A stretch of DNA of 64,000 nucleotides from an uncultured Verrucomicrobiae bacterium (GTDB lineage: Bacteria > Verrucomicrobiota > Verrucomicrobiia > Limisphaerales > Palsa-1400). A program made the translations under genes and the position numbers. Location of the stretch: positions 291,750 to 355,749 of the forward strand of contig CAVPOM010000003.1 in the NCBI GenBank assembly GCA_963707025.1, read 5' to 3'. Below the pieces are notes generated by a model that was given only the letters and a program-made list of their open reading frames with translations, ran no database searches and was not told the DNA's origin. Below, piece by piece: positions 50,877 through 60,665 of the stretch (the first letter of the stretch is position 1; each line of letters opens with the position of its first letter).

Positions 50877-51719
50877 ATGACCAAAGACACCCAGTTGCCC
50901 GCGTTGAAAACCGAGACCTCGGCCCCGGCTCCGATTCCGCCCGCAGCGGCGGCGGCGGGAACGGCCGCGACCTTTGACGTGCGGCGGCTCAACGTCTGGT
51001 TTGGCAGCCATCATGTGTTGCGGAACGTGTCGCTGGAAATCGTGCCCAAAGCCGTCACGGCGATCATTGGCCCCAGCGGCTGCGGGAAGTCCACTTTTCT
51101 GCGGAGCCTCAACCGCATGCACGATCTGGTGCCGATAGCGAGGGTGGAAGGCCGCATCACGTTGTTTGGCGAGGATCTCTACGCGCGGGGAGTGGACGCG
51201 ACCCTGGTGCGGCGGCGGGTGGGGATGGTGTTCCAGAAATCAAATCCGTTCCCCACCATGAGCGTGGCAGAAAATGTGACGGTCGGGCTGCGGCTCAACG
51301 GCCTGCGGCAGAAGAACCTCATCCTGGAGCGGATGGAACGCTCCCTGCGGATGGCGGCGCTGTGGGAGGAAGTCAAGGACCGGCTGAACGCCAACGCCCT
51401 GAGCCTATCCGGCGGGCAGCAGCAACGCCTGTGCATCGCCCGGGCGCTGGCGATTGAGCCGGAGGTGTTGCTCATGGACGAGCCGGCCTCGGCGCTGGAC
51501 CCTCTGGCCACGGCCAAGATCGAGGAATTGATTCTGCAATTGAAACAGGACTACACCATTGTTATCGTCACCCACAACATGCAACAGGCCGCGCGCATTT
51601 CCGGCCAGACCGCTTTCTTTTATCTGGGGGAGTTGATTGAATTTGACCAGACCAACCGGATTTTCACCAGCCCCAGGCAAAAGCAAACCGAAGATTATGT
51701 GACCGGCCGCTTTGGCTGA
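50877..51719 (+). CDS. pstB: Phosphate ABC transporter ATPase
   Basis: [29 protein letters not shown]. Confidence 0.98.
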   Translation: MTKDTQLPALKTETSAPAPIPPAAAAAGTAATFDVRRLNVWFGSHHVLRNVSLEIVPKAVTAIIGPSGCGKSTFLRSLNRMHDLVPIARVEGRITLFGEDLYARGVDATLVRRRVGMVFQKSNPFPTMSVAENVTVGLRLNGLRQKNLILERMERSLRMAALWEEVKDRLNANALSLSGGQQQRLCIARALAIEPEVLLMDEPASALDPLATAKIEELILQLKQDYTIVIVTHNMQQAARISGQTAFFYLGELIEFDQTNRIFTSPRQKQTEDYVTGRFG

Positions 51720-51738
51720 GCCAAGGCCGGCTTAGATT

Positions 51739-52404
51739 ATGACGAGACATTTCGACGAGGAATTGGCCAAGTTCAAGGAAACCCTGCTCACCATGGGCAG
51801 TTACGCGGAGAGTTCCGTCGCCCAGGCCATCCAGGCGGTGACCCACCGCAACGACAAGCTGGCCGAACAGGTCCAGCACAACGACGACATCATGGATCGG
51901 TATGAGGTGGAGATTGACGACATGGCCATCAACCTGCTGGCCAAGGCGCCCCTGGCCTCCGATCTGCGCCTGATCACCGTGGCCATGAAGATTTCGCAAA
52001 ACCTGGAGCGCATCGGCGACGAGGCCACCACCATCGCCCGGCGCGCCCTGGAGCTGAATGGCGAGCCGCAGCTCAAGAGCTACATTGACATTCCCCGCAT
52101 CGAGGCGATCACCCTGGGCATGCTCAAGGAATCGCTGGACGCGTTTGTCAACAAAGATCCCGAAAAAGCCCGCGCCGTCATCCCGCGCGACAAGGAGGTG
52201 GACGCCCTCAACCACCAGCTTTACCGCGAACTGTCCAGCTACATGGTGGAGAATCCTTCCAACATCACCCGCTGTTTGAACCTGATGACCGTTTCCAAGT
52301 GTTTGGAACGCGTGGCCGACCACGCCACCAATATCGCCGAGGAGGTCGTTTATCTGTGCGAGGCGCGCGACATCCGCCACGAAGCCAACAAACCGCTGCC
52401 ATGA
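51739..52404 (+). CDS. phoU: Phosphate signalling protein PhoU
   Basis: LERIGD / LERVADHATNIAE repeats. Confidence 0.97.
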   Translation: MTRHFDEELAKFKETLLTMGSYAESSVAQAIQAVTHRNDKLAEQVQHNDDIMDRYEVEIDDMAINLLAKAPLASDLRLITVAMKISQNLERIGDEATTIARRALELNGEPQLKSYIDIPRIEAITLGMLKESLDAFVNKDPEKARAVIPRDKEVDALNHQLYRELSSYMVENPSNITRCLNLMTVSKCLERVADHATNIAEEVVYLCEARDIRHEANKPLP

Positions 52405-52910
52405 ACCTCTTCTTCCTCCGCCACGCCAAGGCTTGTCCCCGCGGCCCCAAATACCGCCCGGACAGCAAGCGCCCGCTGACCCGCGAAGGCGAAAAAACCA
52501 TGCGCGAAGTTGCCCGGGGCATGCAGAAGCTGGATTTGTCGTTTGACTTGATTCTGGCCAGTCCGTATCTGCGGGCCTTGCGCACGGCGGAAATCCTGGC
52601 CCAAGTTTTCCATTCCAAAAAGCTCTTTGTCACCAACCATCTGGCGGCCGACGCCGACACCCGGCAGGTCGTGGCGGAAATCAACGAAAACTTCGGCGCC
52701 CTGGAAAACATCGTTCTGGTCGGGCACGAGCCCTTTTTGAGCGGCTTGATCTCCCATCTGCTCACCGGCCAGCCGGGCATGAAGATTGATTTTAAAAAGG
52801 CGGCGTTGTGCAAGTTGAGCGTCGAGGACCTGCGTTTTGGCGATTGCGCCAGCCTGTGCTGGCTCCTGACCCCGCGCCAACTGGCCCGCCTGGGCAAACG
52901 CAGAAGCTGA
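52401..52910 (+). CDS. sixA: Phosphohistidine phosphatase SixA
   Basis: LRHAKA, RPLT, SPYLRA, LVGHEP. Confidence 0.93.
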   Translation: MNLFFLRHAKACPRGPKYRPDSKRPLTREGEKTMREVARGMQKLDLSFDLILASPYLRALRTAEILAQVFHSKKLFVTNHLAADADTRQVVAEINENFGALENIVLVGHEPFLSGLISHLLTGQPGMKIDFKKAALCKLSVEDLRFGDCASLCWLLTPRQLARLGKRRS

Positions 52911-52994
52911 ATCTGGCTGGCTTGGGGATGGAGAGCCGCCAAGACACCAAGTTAATCCGTGGACGGGCCATGCATTCGCTGCACGCGATTTTCA

Positions 52995-53393
52995 CTATGG
53001 CAGTTGAATTGCGTTCTCCGAAAAATGTTGGTCTTGGGCGATGGCTTCCGTGAGTTGGAGCCGGCGCATCACCTCAAAGGAAAGGCAGTCGGTCAGACTC
53101 AATTTCCGGCGGCGCGACTGGCGGCAGCTTTGCGCGGCCTGCGAGTGCAACGCCTCGTCCACAAATTCCACCCGGCATAATGGCAACATTACGTCCAGGA
53201 AATCCTCCACTGCATTCCAACCGAGCCGGTGCTGCACCAGCGCCCAGGTTTCATGCACCACATAGTTCGTAGTCACCAATTGCCACCCTTCCTGCTCCGC
53301 GCGCTCAAAGGCGGCCTTGGCAACCGCATGAAAAGGATCGTCCGCGTCCAACACGGCGTAGAATCCCGATGTGTCAACGAAGACAGATTTCAC
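52995..53393 (-). CDS. PIN-domain (VapC-like) toxin
   Basis: FVDTS, VVHET, SLTDCLSF, DQHF. Confidence 0.92.
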   Translation of the reverse strand: MKSVFVDTSGFYAVLDADDPFHAVAKAAFERAEQEGWQLVTTNYVVHETWALVQHRLGWNAVEDFLDVMLPLCRVEFVDEALHSQAAQSCRQSRRRKLSLTDCLSFEVMRRLQLTEAIAQDQHFSENAIQLP

Positions 53394-53407
53394 GAAGCGG
53401 CCAGAGG

Positions 53408-53629
53408 TCAGTCGGCGGCGGCGGCGGCGGCGGCGAATCCGCGGTCGTGATCTTTGGCGTCCGGGTCTGGATTGGCCCGGTATTTGCCGGCTATGTCAGC
53501 AATCGTGCGGCGGCGCGAAGGCGGCGGAGCGGAGACATAATGTTCCAAAATAAAATGGGAAACCTCGCGCTGCTCTGCCGGAGGCAACGCTCGAATTTCT
53601 TCCAAAATGGCCTGGGCTTTTATGCTCAC
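53408..53629 (-). CDS. Putative antitoxin
   Basis: 73-aa ORF directly upstream of the PIN gene. Confidence 0.7.
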   Translation of the reverse strand: MSIKAQAILEEIRALPPAEQREVSHFILEHYVSAPPPSRRRTIADIAGKYRANPDPDAKDHDRGFAAAAAAAD

Positions 53630-53751
53630 GGTTTATACCATACCACCCCGCCAGGAAAAAGACAAGCCGGCCGGGATAGCTCCAACGGCCTTTGCTCCCA
53701 ATCGTCTTAATTGCTCAAACGAGTCATTAATCTATAGTTTGCACGTTAGCC

Positions 53752-54036
53752 TCACCGTTTATTTCGCCGCATCCTGGCTATGGCAAGGCAGCCTGCGACC
53801 AGCGGAACAAGGGACATCAGAAAATCGATTGAGGACCAATACTCCATCAACTCTAATGTCACCCATAATGCCAGACAGCCCCCAACTACGGAAATCCATG
53901 CACAGAATACTGTGAACAAAGTAAAATGACGGCGAAACGTTCCAATTAATGCCAGGATACTTGCTGTGTAAACCGCCAGCTCACCCAAAAACTCAGGAAT
54001 CAAAACGTTCAGGGCATTTTCTCCTACGGCAAGCAT
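53752..54036 (-). CDS. Small low-GC membrane protein
   Basis: Three hydrophobic segments; AT-rich patch. Confidence 0.5.
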   Translation of the reverse strand: MLAVGENALNVLIPEFLGELAVYTASILALIGTFRRHFTLFTVFCAWISVVGGCLALWVTLELMEYWSSIDFLMSLVPLVAGCLAIARMRRNKR

Positions 54037-54103
54037 AATTACACCCTTTTGCGTTCGTTTAATTCACTCGAGGATTTCAGAAAAGTCATATTGTGCGCCG
54101 GTC

Positions 54104-54805
54104 TCACGGGGCGGCCACCAGGCGGTAGCCCACCCCGGGTTCTGTCAATATTAATTCAGGGCGGGCGGCGTCGGCCTCGAGCTTTTCCCGCAGGTGGGCC
54201 ACATAGACGCGCAGATAATGGGTTTGCTCCCCGTAGGCCGGCCCCCACACCTCCTTGAGAATCTGGCGGTGCGTCACCACTTTGCCGGCGTTGCGCACCA
54301 GCAGGCGCAAAAGCGAATACTCCGTCGGTGTCAGTTTGATCTCCTGGCCCCGCACCGTGACCCGGCGCGCCGCCAGCTCCACCTCCAGGTGGCCGGAGCG
54401 GAACACGGCGTTGTCCGCCTCCGGCTGGGCGCGGCGCCGCGCCACCCGCAGGCGCGCCAGCAACTCCGCCGTGCTGAAGGGCTTGGTCATGTAATCGTCG
54501 GCCCCGTTGTCCAGGGCGGAGACCTTGTCCACATCGCCTTCCTGCACGGAGAGCACCAGCACCGGGGCCTTGCTCCATTCGCGCAGCCGTTTCAGCACGG
54601 TCAGGCCGTCCATGCCGGGCAGGCCCAGGTCCAGAATGATGACGTCCGGATTGCGCTGGGCCGCCTCGGCCAGGCCGTCCGGGCCGTTGGCCGCCTCCAG
54701 CACGCGGTAGCCGTTGGCCTCCAGGGTGACGCGCAGCAGCCGGCGGATCTGCACCTCGTCGTCCACAATCAGGACAGAGTGGGTGGCCGCGGGATTTTCG
54801 CTCAT
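54104..54805 (-). CDS. kdpE: Response regulator KdpE
   Basis: LDLGLPGMDG, HYLRVYV, TEPGVGYR. Confidence 0.94.
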   Translation of the reverse strand: MSENPAATHSVLIVDDEVQIRRLLRVTLEANGYRVLEAANGPDGLAEAAQRNPDVIILDLGLPGMDGLTVLKRLREWSKAPVLVLSVQEGDVDKVSALDNGADDYMTKPFSTAELLARLRVARRRAQPEADNAVFRSGHLEVELAARRVTVRGQEIKLTPTEYSLLRLLVRNAGKVVTHRQILKEVWGPAYGEQTHYLRVYVAHLREKLEADAARPELILTEPGVGYRLVAAP

Positions 54806-57498
54806 GCCACCGCCTCCAGGCTGGGTTCGGGGCTGCTGGCCACCGGCAAATAAACGGTGAACTGCGCGCCGCCGCCGTCCCGGTTGCGCGCCTCGACCCG
54901 GCCGCCGTGGGCTTCCACAAATCCCTTGACAATGGATAAGCCCAGGCCGGTGCCGCCCGGCGGCGCGCCGGGAACGCGATAGAACTTCTCGAAGACGTGC
55001 GGCAGGCTTTCCGGCGGCAGCCCCGGCCCGCGATCGCCCACCGTCAGGGACACTTCCCCCGCCCCGCCCGCCGCCGTGATTTCCACCGGCGTGCCCTCGG
55101 CGGTGTAAGCGGCCGCGTTGAGGAGAAGATTGTTCAGGGCCTGCTCAATCAGCACAAAATCCATGCGCACCAGGGGCAGCCCCTTGGGCAGTTCCACCTT
55201 GACCGGGTGGCGGGCCAGGACCGTTTCATTGCGCCGCAAGGCGACGTTGACCAGGTTGCCCAGGTCGCACCATTCCAAGCGCGGCTTGACCTTGCCGGAC
55301 TCCAGCCGGGTCATGTCAAGCAAATTGCCCACCAGCCGGTTGAGGCGGGCGGCGCTTTCCTGGATTTCCCCCGCCAGGGTTTTTTGCAGGACGGCCTGGT
55401 CGCCGGGCTGGAATCCGGCCAGGGTGCTGGCGGCGGCGGTGATGGCGGAAATGGGCGTGCGCAACTCGTGGGAAATGGAGTTGAGCAGGGCCTTGCTCAA
55501 TTTCTCCGATTCGGCCAGCAACCGCGCCTGTTCGGCCTCGGCGCCCAGGCGGAAACGGTCCAGCACCAGCGCCGTCTGCCGGGCAAAGGCGTCCAGCAGG
55601 TCGCGCTGTTCCAAGGTCGGCGGCTGCTCGCCCGGCAGTTTCACCGCGATGATGCCGACCGTGCCGCGATTGGTGGTCAGCGGCAGGTAAACCGCCCCGG
55701 CCGACGGCAGATTGTCGGTGAAACGACCGGCCGCTTTGCCGAAGCGAAAGGCCCACGCCGCCACGCCCTGTTCTTTTTCCGAAATGGAAAACATGCTCGC
55801 CGGATGCGCCGTCTGGGACAGGCCGCCGGCGGCGTCGCGCAAGAGAATGGCCACGTCGCTTTTAAAAGCCTGGGCCACCTGGCGCACCAGCCGGCGCGCC
55901 ATGTCATCCACGTCCGCCGCGTCGGCCAGGTCGCGCGTCAGCAGATACAAGGCGGTGGAACGTTCCTCGCGCCGGCTCTCCGCCCGTTCCTGCCAGCGGA
56001 GGCGCGAAACCAACTGGCCCATGACAATGGCCACCACGAAATACATCCCGAACATCATCACGTCCGCCAACTGCCCCATCTTCAGCGAGAACAGGGGCAT
56101 CGTAAAGAAGAAATCCCACAACAGCGCGCTCGCCGTCGCGGCCAGCAAAGTGGGGCCGCGCCCGACGAAGCAGGCTTGCACCACCACCCCCAGCAAGTAG
56201 ATCAAGGCCAGGGCGTGCGCATCCACTTCGAGCGCTTTTTGCAGCACCGCGTTCAAGACCGTGCAGCCGCCCACCGTGACCAGCGCGGCCAGATACTGCT
56301 GCGGCGGGGAGTGTTCCAGGCCGCGCCCGCGCCCGCGCCGGGCGGTCTTGCTTAACTCGGAGGCCTCGGGCCGCACCACATGCAGGTCAATATGCCCGCT
56401 GTCCCGCACCAGGCGGCGCAGCAGTCTGCCCCCGCGCCAGCGGTCCAGCAGCCGTCCCCAACCCGGCTTGCCCACAATAATCTGCGTGACGTTTTGCTGC
56501 TCCGCCACGCGCAAAAGTCCGCGCGCGATGTCCGTGTCGGCTGTCGCCACCACTTCCGCCCCAAGTTCCCGCGCCAGGGCGAGATGCCGGGTCAGGCGGG
56601 CCTGGTCCTCTTCGGACAAGGACTGCGGCTGCTCGACATAAACGGCCAGCCACGGGCAGTCGTAGCTGTCCGCCAAACGCCGCGTCCAACGGATCATGTG
56701 GGGCGAATAGGGGCTGGCGCTGACCGCCACCAGCAGGCGGTGGCCCGACTTCCACGGCCCGGTGATTTGCATGGCCTGCAGATAATCATGCACCTCCTGT
56801 CCGACGTGATCCGCCGCCAGGCGCAGCGCCATTTCGCGCAACGCGTTCAAATTGCCCTCGCGGAAGAAGTTCATCATGGCCAGTTCCGCCCGCTCCGGCA
56901 CATAGACTTTGCCTTCATCCAGGCGCTTGAGCAATTCATCGGGCGGCAGGTCAATCAACTCGATCTCGGCCCCGTCCAGCACGCTGTCCGGGACGGTCTC
57001 ATGCACGGTGGAGCCGGTGATCTGCCGGACTGTGTCAACACGACTTTCCGCGTGCTGCACATTCATGGTGGTGAACACGTCAATGCCGGCATCGAGCAAT
57101 TCGCTCACATCCTGGTAACGCTTGGCGTGGCGGGAGCCGGGGATGTTGGTGTGGGCCAGCTCATCCACCAGGGCCAACTGCGGCCGGCGCGCCACCAGCG
57201 CATCCAGGTCCATGTCCTCCAGCATCACGCCGCGATACTCCGCCTTGCGCCGCGGAATGACGGGCAGCCCGGCCACCAGGGCGTCGGTCTCCTGCCGTGC
57301 GTGCGTCTCGACATAGCCGATGACCACGTCGCGCCCCTCGCGCTGGGCGCGCTGGGCGGCGCGGAGCATGGCATAGGTCTTGCCGACACCGGCGGCCATG
57401 CCGAGGAAGACCTTGAACTTGCCGCGTTTTTTCGCAGCCTCGGTCTTCTGGATGGCGGCCAGCAACGCATCCGGATCGGGGCGATCATCGTCTGCCAT
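54802..57498 (-). CDS. kdpD: Sensor kinase KdpD
   Basis: GMAAGVGKTYAML, VDELAHTN, USP/TM/GAF domains, SHELRTP. Confidence 0.96.
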   Translation of the reverse strand: MADDDRPDPDALLAAIQKTEAAKKRGKFKVFLGMAAGVGKTYAMLRAAQRAQREGRDVVIGYVETHARQETDALVAGLPVIPRRKAEYRGVMLEDMDLDALVARRPQLALVDELAHTNIPGSRHAKRYQDVSELLDAGIDVFTTMNVQHAESRVDTVRQITGSTVHETVPDSVLDGAEIELIDLPPDELLKRLDEGKVYVPERAELAMMNFFREGNLNALREMALRLAADHVGQEVHDYLQAMQITGPWKSGHRLLVAVSASPYSPHMIRWTRRLADSYDCPWLAVYVEQPQSLSEEDQARLTRHLALARELGAEVVATADTDIARGLLRVAEQQNVTQIIVGKPGWGRLLDRWRGGRLLRRLVRDSGHIDLHVVRPEASELSKTARRGRGRGLEHSPPQQYLAALVTVGGCTVLNAVLQKALEVDAHALALIYLLGVVVQACFVGRGPTLLAATASALLWDFFFTMPLFSLKMGQLADVMMFGMYFVVAIVMGQLVSRLRWQERAESRREERSTALYLLTRDLADAADVDDMARRLVRQVAQAFKSDVAILLRDAAGGLSQTAHPASMFSISEKEQGVAAWAFRFGKAAGRFTDNLPSAGAVYLPLTTNRGTVGIIAVKLPGEQPPTLEQRDLLDAFARQTALVLDRFRLGAEAEQARLLAESEKLSKALLNSISHELRTPISAITAAASTLAGFQPGDQAVLQKTLAGEIQESAARLNRLVGNLLDMTRLESGKVKPRLEWCDLGNLVNVALRRNETVLARHPVKVELPKGLPLVRMDFVLIEQALNNLLLNAAAYTAEGTPVEITAAGGAGEVSLTVGDRGPGLPPESLPHVFEKFYRVPGAPPGGTGLGLSIVKGFVEAHGGRVEARNRDGGGAQFTVYLPVASSPEPSLEAVA

Positions 57499-57724
57499 GA
57501 GCCAGAGCCTATCATGCCGCTTCGGAAATGGCCAGTGCTGGCGACAGGCCGTTGCGCACCAGCCGGGGCCAAGCCGCAAGGTCCGGTCGCCGACCGCTGA
57601 GACTGGAGTGGTGGAGTGATGGACCGCCGGGCGCGGGGGACGGCACGGCGCGACGATAGCGGCCGCGCCGGTCGGGACCGCCGCGAGTGTGCTCTGGTGG
57701 TTGGCCCCCCCCTGCCTAGTAATA

Positions 57725-59161
57725 CTAGGGTGCGCTGGGGCGGGATGGGTTGACGTAGGCGGAGACGGGGCTTTCGTGGCCGGCCCGGTCCACCGCCTTG
57801 ACGCCCAGCACGATTTGATCAATGGGCGTGTCCTTCAGGGTGAATTGATGGACGTTGCCGGCCCAGATTTCCTTTTCCCAATCCGGCGCGGTGGTGGCAC
57901 GAACGAGCACCACGAAACCGGCCAAATCAGGCCCGGCTTCCGGCTCGTTCCAACGGAGCACGGCGTCATAACCCGTCCCGCGGCTCAAGCCCGGGCGGTT
58001 GGGCAGCGCCAGATTGCCGGCGGCGCTGCCGGCGGCAAAGGAGGTGACGGGCGGGCCGGGCGCCAGGGCCATGAGGGCGGCGGCGGCGGCGTTGACGCGC
58101 ACCACCCGCGTGGCGTAGGCCGGGGAAGCATTGGCGAAAGTGTCCAGACGGTTATGTTGCCGGGCGTAGTACTCGTTGGGCGTGGTGAGACGGACGGCGG
58201 CATAGCCCTCCTGGTTGAACGGCGTTTGATCGCCGCCGCGCCCGAAACGGTCATAGCGAAAAATCATGTCCGCCGCCATGTCCGGGCAATACCTGGCGGC
58301 GGCGGCGCGGACAAAGCGCGCAATCTGGCGCGAGGTGGAATCATTGGGATCTTCGGAAAAAACCAGCACGCGGTGCTGGTCGCTGGAGCCGTTGCCGCTG
58401 ACTTCGTTGCCGATGATGTCGTTGTTCAGGACAGCCTCGATGCCCTGGCGCGCGGCCTTGAGCCGCCGGGCCAGGGCGCGGGAGCCGTAGAGGCCCTCCT
58501 CCTCGCCGGCGAAGGCGACAAACACCAGCGTCGCGCCAAACTCGTATTGACTCATCACCCGGGCGCATTCCATGGCGCAGGCCGCGCCGCTGGCGTCGTC
58601 GCTCACGCCCGGCGCGGGCAATTCCGCGGCCTCGGCCGGCCGCAGGCCGGCGGCGTCCAGGAGATTGATCGAGTCGTAATGGCCGGAAATCAGAATCCAG
58701 CGGTTGCCGGCCTGCGGCGCGGAGCCCGGCAGGATGGCCAGGATGTTGCGCAATTCGGTGTCCTTGTAGATGCGGTTGGTTTTGGGGATGGTGTAGGTGT
58801 CAAAGCTGACTTGCAGCCGCGGGCTGTAGCTTTTGAACTGGTCAAATATCCACTGCCGCGCCGCCCCGATGCCGCGGTTGGCCGGGGTGGGATCGGACAC
58901 GGTGCTGCGCGTCTCAAAATCGCCCAGCCGGCGCATGATGTCCGCCACGCGCTGTTCGGAAATTTCGGAGACGATTTTTTGGATGAGCGGATCCAAAGTT
59001 TGGGCAGGCCGCCGGGTTTGGGTGAAATTGGTTTCTTCCAGCAGGTCCGTCCGGGGCTGCGGAGCAAGCTCCCGGGTTTGCGCAGGCCGGCAGAGCGGCG
59101 GGAGGAGCAGCAGGGAGAGGAGGCACAAGGGGGCGCGCGCCCGAAAAGAGGATTTAGTCAT
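57725..59161 (-). CDS. M28-family exported peptidase
   Basis: GHYDS, DDASG, GEEEGL, NNDIIG. Confidence 0.9.
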   Translation of the reverse strand: MTKSSFRARAPLCLLSLLLLPPLCRPAQTRELAPQPRTDLLEETNFTQTRRPAQTLDPLIQKIVSEISEQRVADIMRRLGDFETRSTVSDPTPANRGIGAARQWIFDQFKSYSPRLQVSFDTYTIPKTNRIYKDTELRNILAILPGSAPQAGNRWILISGHYDSINLLDAAGLRPAEAAELPAPGVSDDASGAACAMECARVMSQYEFGATLVFVAFAGEEEGLYGSRALARRLKAARQGIEAVLNNDIIGNEVSGNGSSDQHRVLVFSEDPNDSTSRQIARFVRAAAARYCPDMAADMIFRYDRFGRGGDQTPFNQEGYAAVRLTTPNEYYARQHNRLDTFANASPAYATRVVRVNAAAAALMALAPGPPVTSFAAGSAAGNLALPNRPGLSRGTGYDAVLRWNEPEAGPDLAGFVVLVRATTAPDWEKEIWAGNVHQFTLKDTPIDQIVLGVKAVDRAGHESPVSAYVNPSRPSAP

Positions 59162-59206
59162 GGGACGGCTATACTTTCCCCGCCACGGGCTGGCAATGAT
59201 TTTTCT

Positions 59207-59243
59207 GATCCTAATCTTAATCCTAATCTCCTTTGAGATTAGG
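59207..59243. repeat. Short (TAATCY)n hexamer element
   Basis: gatcctaatcttaatcctaatctcctttgagattagga. Confidence 0.75.
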
Positions 59244-59258
59244 AGCGGCCGCGCCCGG

Positions 59259-59681
59259 TCATTTGGATTCGGGCGGCTTGGGGGGCGGCGGGACGAGGTG
59301 GATGACCAGGGGATAGCGAATTTTCATGACGTCATCCACCAGCACTTCCACGTAATAAGGCCCGGCGGTTTCAAATTTGACCGCGCCGAGCATGACCACG
59401 TTGATGGCGTGCTGGGTGACCTCTTGCAGGGCGAATTTGGATTCGTGCTTGCGCAGCACCGTGATCTGGTCCGGCGCCATCAGCCGGATCGTCTCGAGGA
59501 ACTCGCCGTAGCCGGCCGTCCAGCGGTTGAAGAGGCAGAGCCGGGGCGCGGTCACGGGCACTTCCGGGACGCGCACGGCGTGAAAAACGCCGATGAGCAT
59601 GAAGCTGCCGTTGATTTCCTGGCGGACTTCCTCGCAGAGAAGCGAGCATTGCAAGTCGGGCAGGATGCGGGATGGTGTCAT
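59259..59681 (-). CDS. Conserved hypothetical protein (DUF6941-like)
   Basis: LLCEEVRQE..G...LIGVF; F...GPYYVEV. Confidence 0.78.
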   Translation of the reverse strand: MTPSRILPDLQCSLLCEEVRQEINGSFMLIGVFHAVRVPEVPVTAPRLCLFNRWTAGYGEFLETIRLMAPDQITVLRKHESKFALQEVTQHAINVVMLGAVKFETAGPYYVEVLVDDVMKIRYPLVIHLVPPPPKPPESK

Positions 59682-59765
59682 AAAAGGAAAAGTTGGGGTG
59701 ATGGAGTGATGGAGTGAAGGGATGGGAAATGGGCGGTGCGATCTTGGGGGGCGCTAATTGTTATT

Positions 59766-60665
59766 TTACATGCGGTCAGCGGCGGCCATTTCGGCGGCGC
59801 GGACGGTGTTTTGCAGGAGGAGGGCGATGGTCATGGGGCCGACGCCGCCGGGGTTGGGGGTGATTTTGCCGGCGATGGGTTGCACGCCGCCAAAATCAAC
59901 GTCCCCCACCAGGCGGGTCCCGCCCGGGGCGGCCGGGTCGGGCACGCGGTTGACTCCGACATCAATGACGACCGCACCCGGTTTGACCATGGCGGCTTTG
60001 ACGAATTGGGGCGAACCGATCGCCGCAATTAAGATGTCGGCGCGCCGGCAATGGCCGGCCAGGTCGCGCGTTTGGGAATGGCAGAGCGTGACGGTGGCCC
60101 CGGCCTGCCGGGTTTTCTGCCACAGCATCGCGGCCAGCGGCTTGCCCACGATGTTGCCGCGGCCCAGCACCACGACATCCGCCCCGGCGATGACCACCCC
60201 GGAACGAAGCAACAACTGGTGAATGCCCGCCGGGGTGCAGGGGCGAAATCCGTCCTCCGCGCCCAGCAGGAGTTTGCCCATGTTGACGGGGTGAAATCCA
60301 TCCACGTCCTTGTCCGGCGCGACGGCGGCAAAAGCCCTGGGTTGGGAAATAGACCCGGGCAGCGGCGCCTGCACCAGGATGCCATGAACCGCGGCATCGG
60401 CATTGAGCCGGGCGAGCAGGCCGAGCAGTTCGGTTTCGGAGGTGTTTTGGGCCAGCACCCGGGTCTGCGAGGAAATGCCCAGGCGGGCGGCTGCTTTTTC
60501 CTTCATCCCAACATAAACCCGCGAGGCCGGGTCTTCGCCCACGCGGACAAACACCAGGCTGGGCTGGACGCCGCGGGCGTTGAGCGCGGCCACGCGCCGG
60601 GCCGTCTCCTGATGAATCTGTTCAGCGATGGCGCGGCCGTCAATGAGGTTGCCCGGCGGCATCAA
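59766..60665 (-). CDS. folD: Bifunctional methylene-THF dehydrogenase/cyclohydrolase
   Basis: KDVDGFHP, PCTP, IVGKP, PGGVGPMT. Confidence 0.97.
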   Translation of the reverse strand: MMPPGNLIDGRAIAEQIHQETARRVAALNARGVQPSLVFVRVGEDPASRVYVGMKEKAAARLGISSQTRVLAQNTSETELLGLLARLNADAAVHGILVQAPLPGSISQPRAFAAVAPDKDVDGFHPVNMGKLLLGAEDGFRPCTPAGIHQLLLRSGVVIAGADVVVLGRGNIVGKPLAAMLWQKTRQAGATVTLCHSQTRDLAGHCRRADILIAAIGSPQFVKAAMVKPGAVVIDVGVNRVPDPAAPGGTRLVGDVDFGGVQPIAGKITPNPGGVGPMTIALLLQNTVRAAEMAAADRM

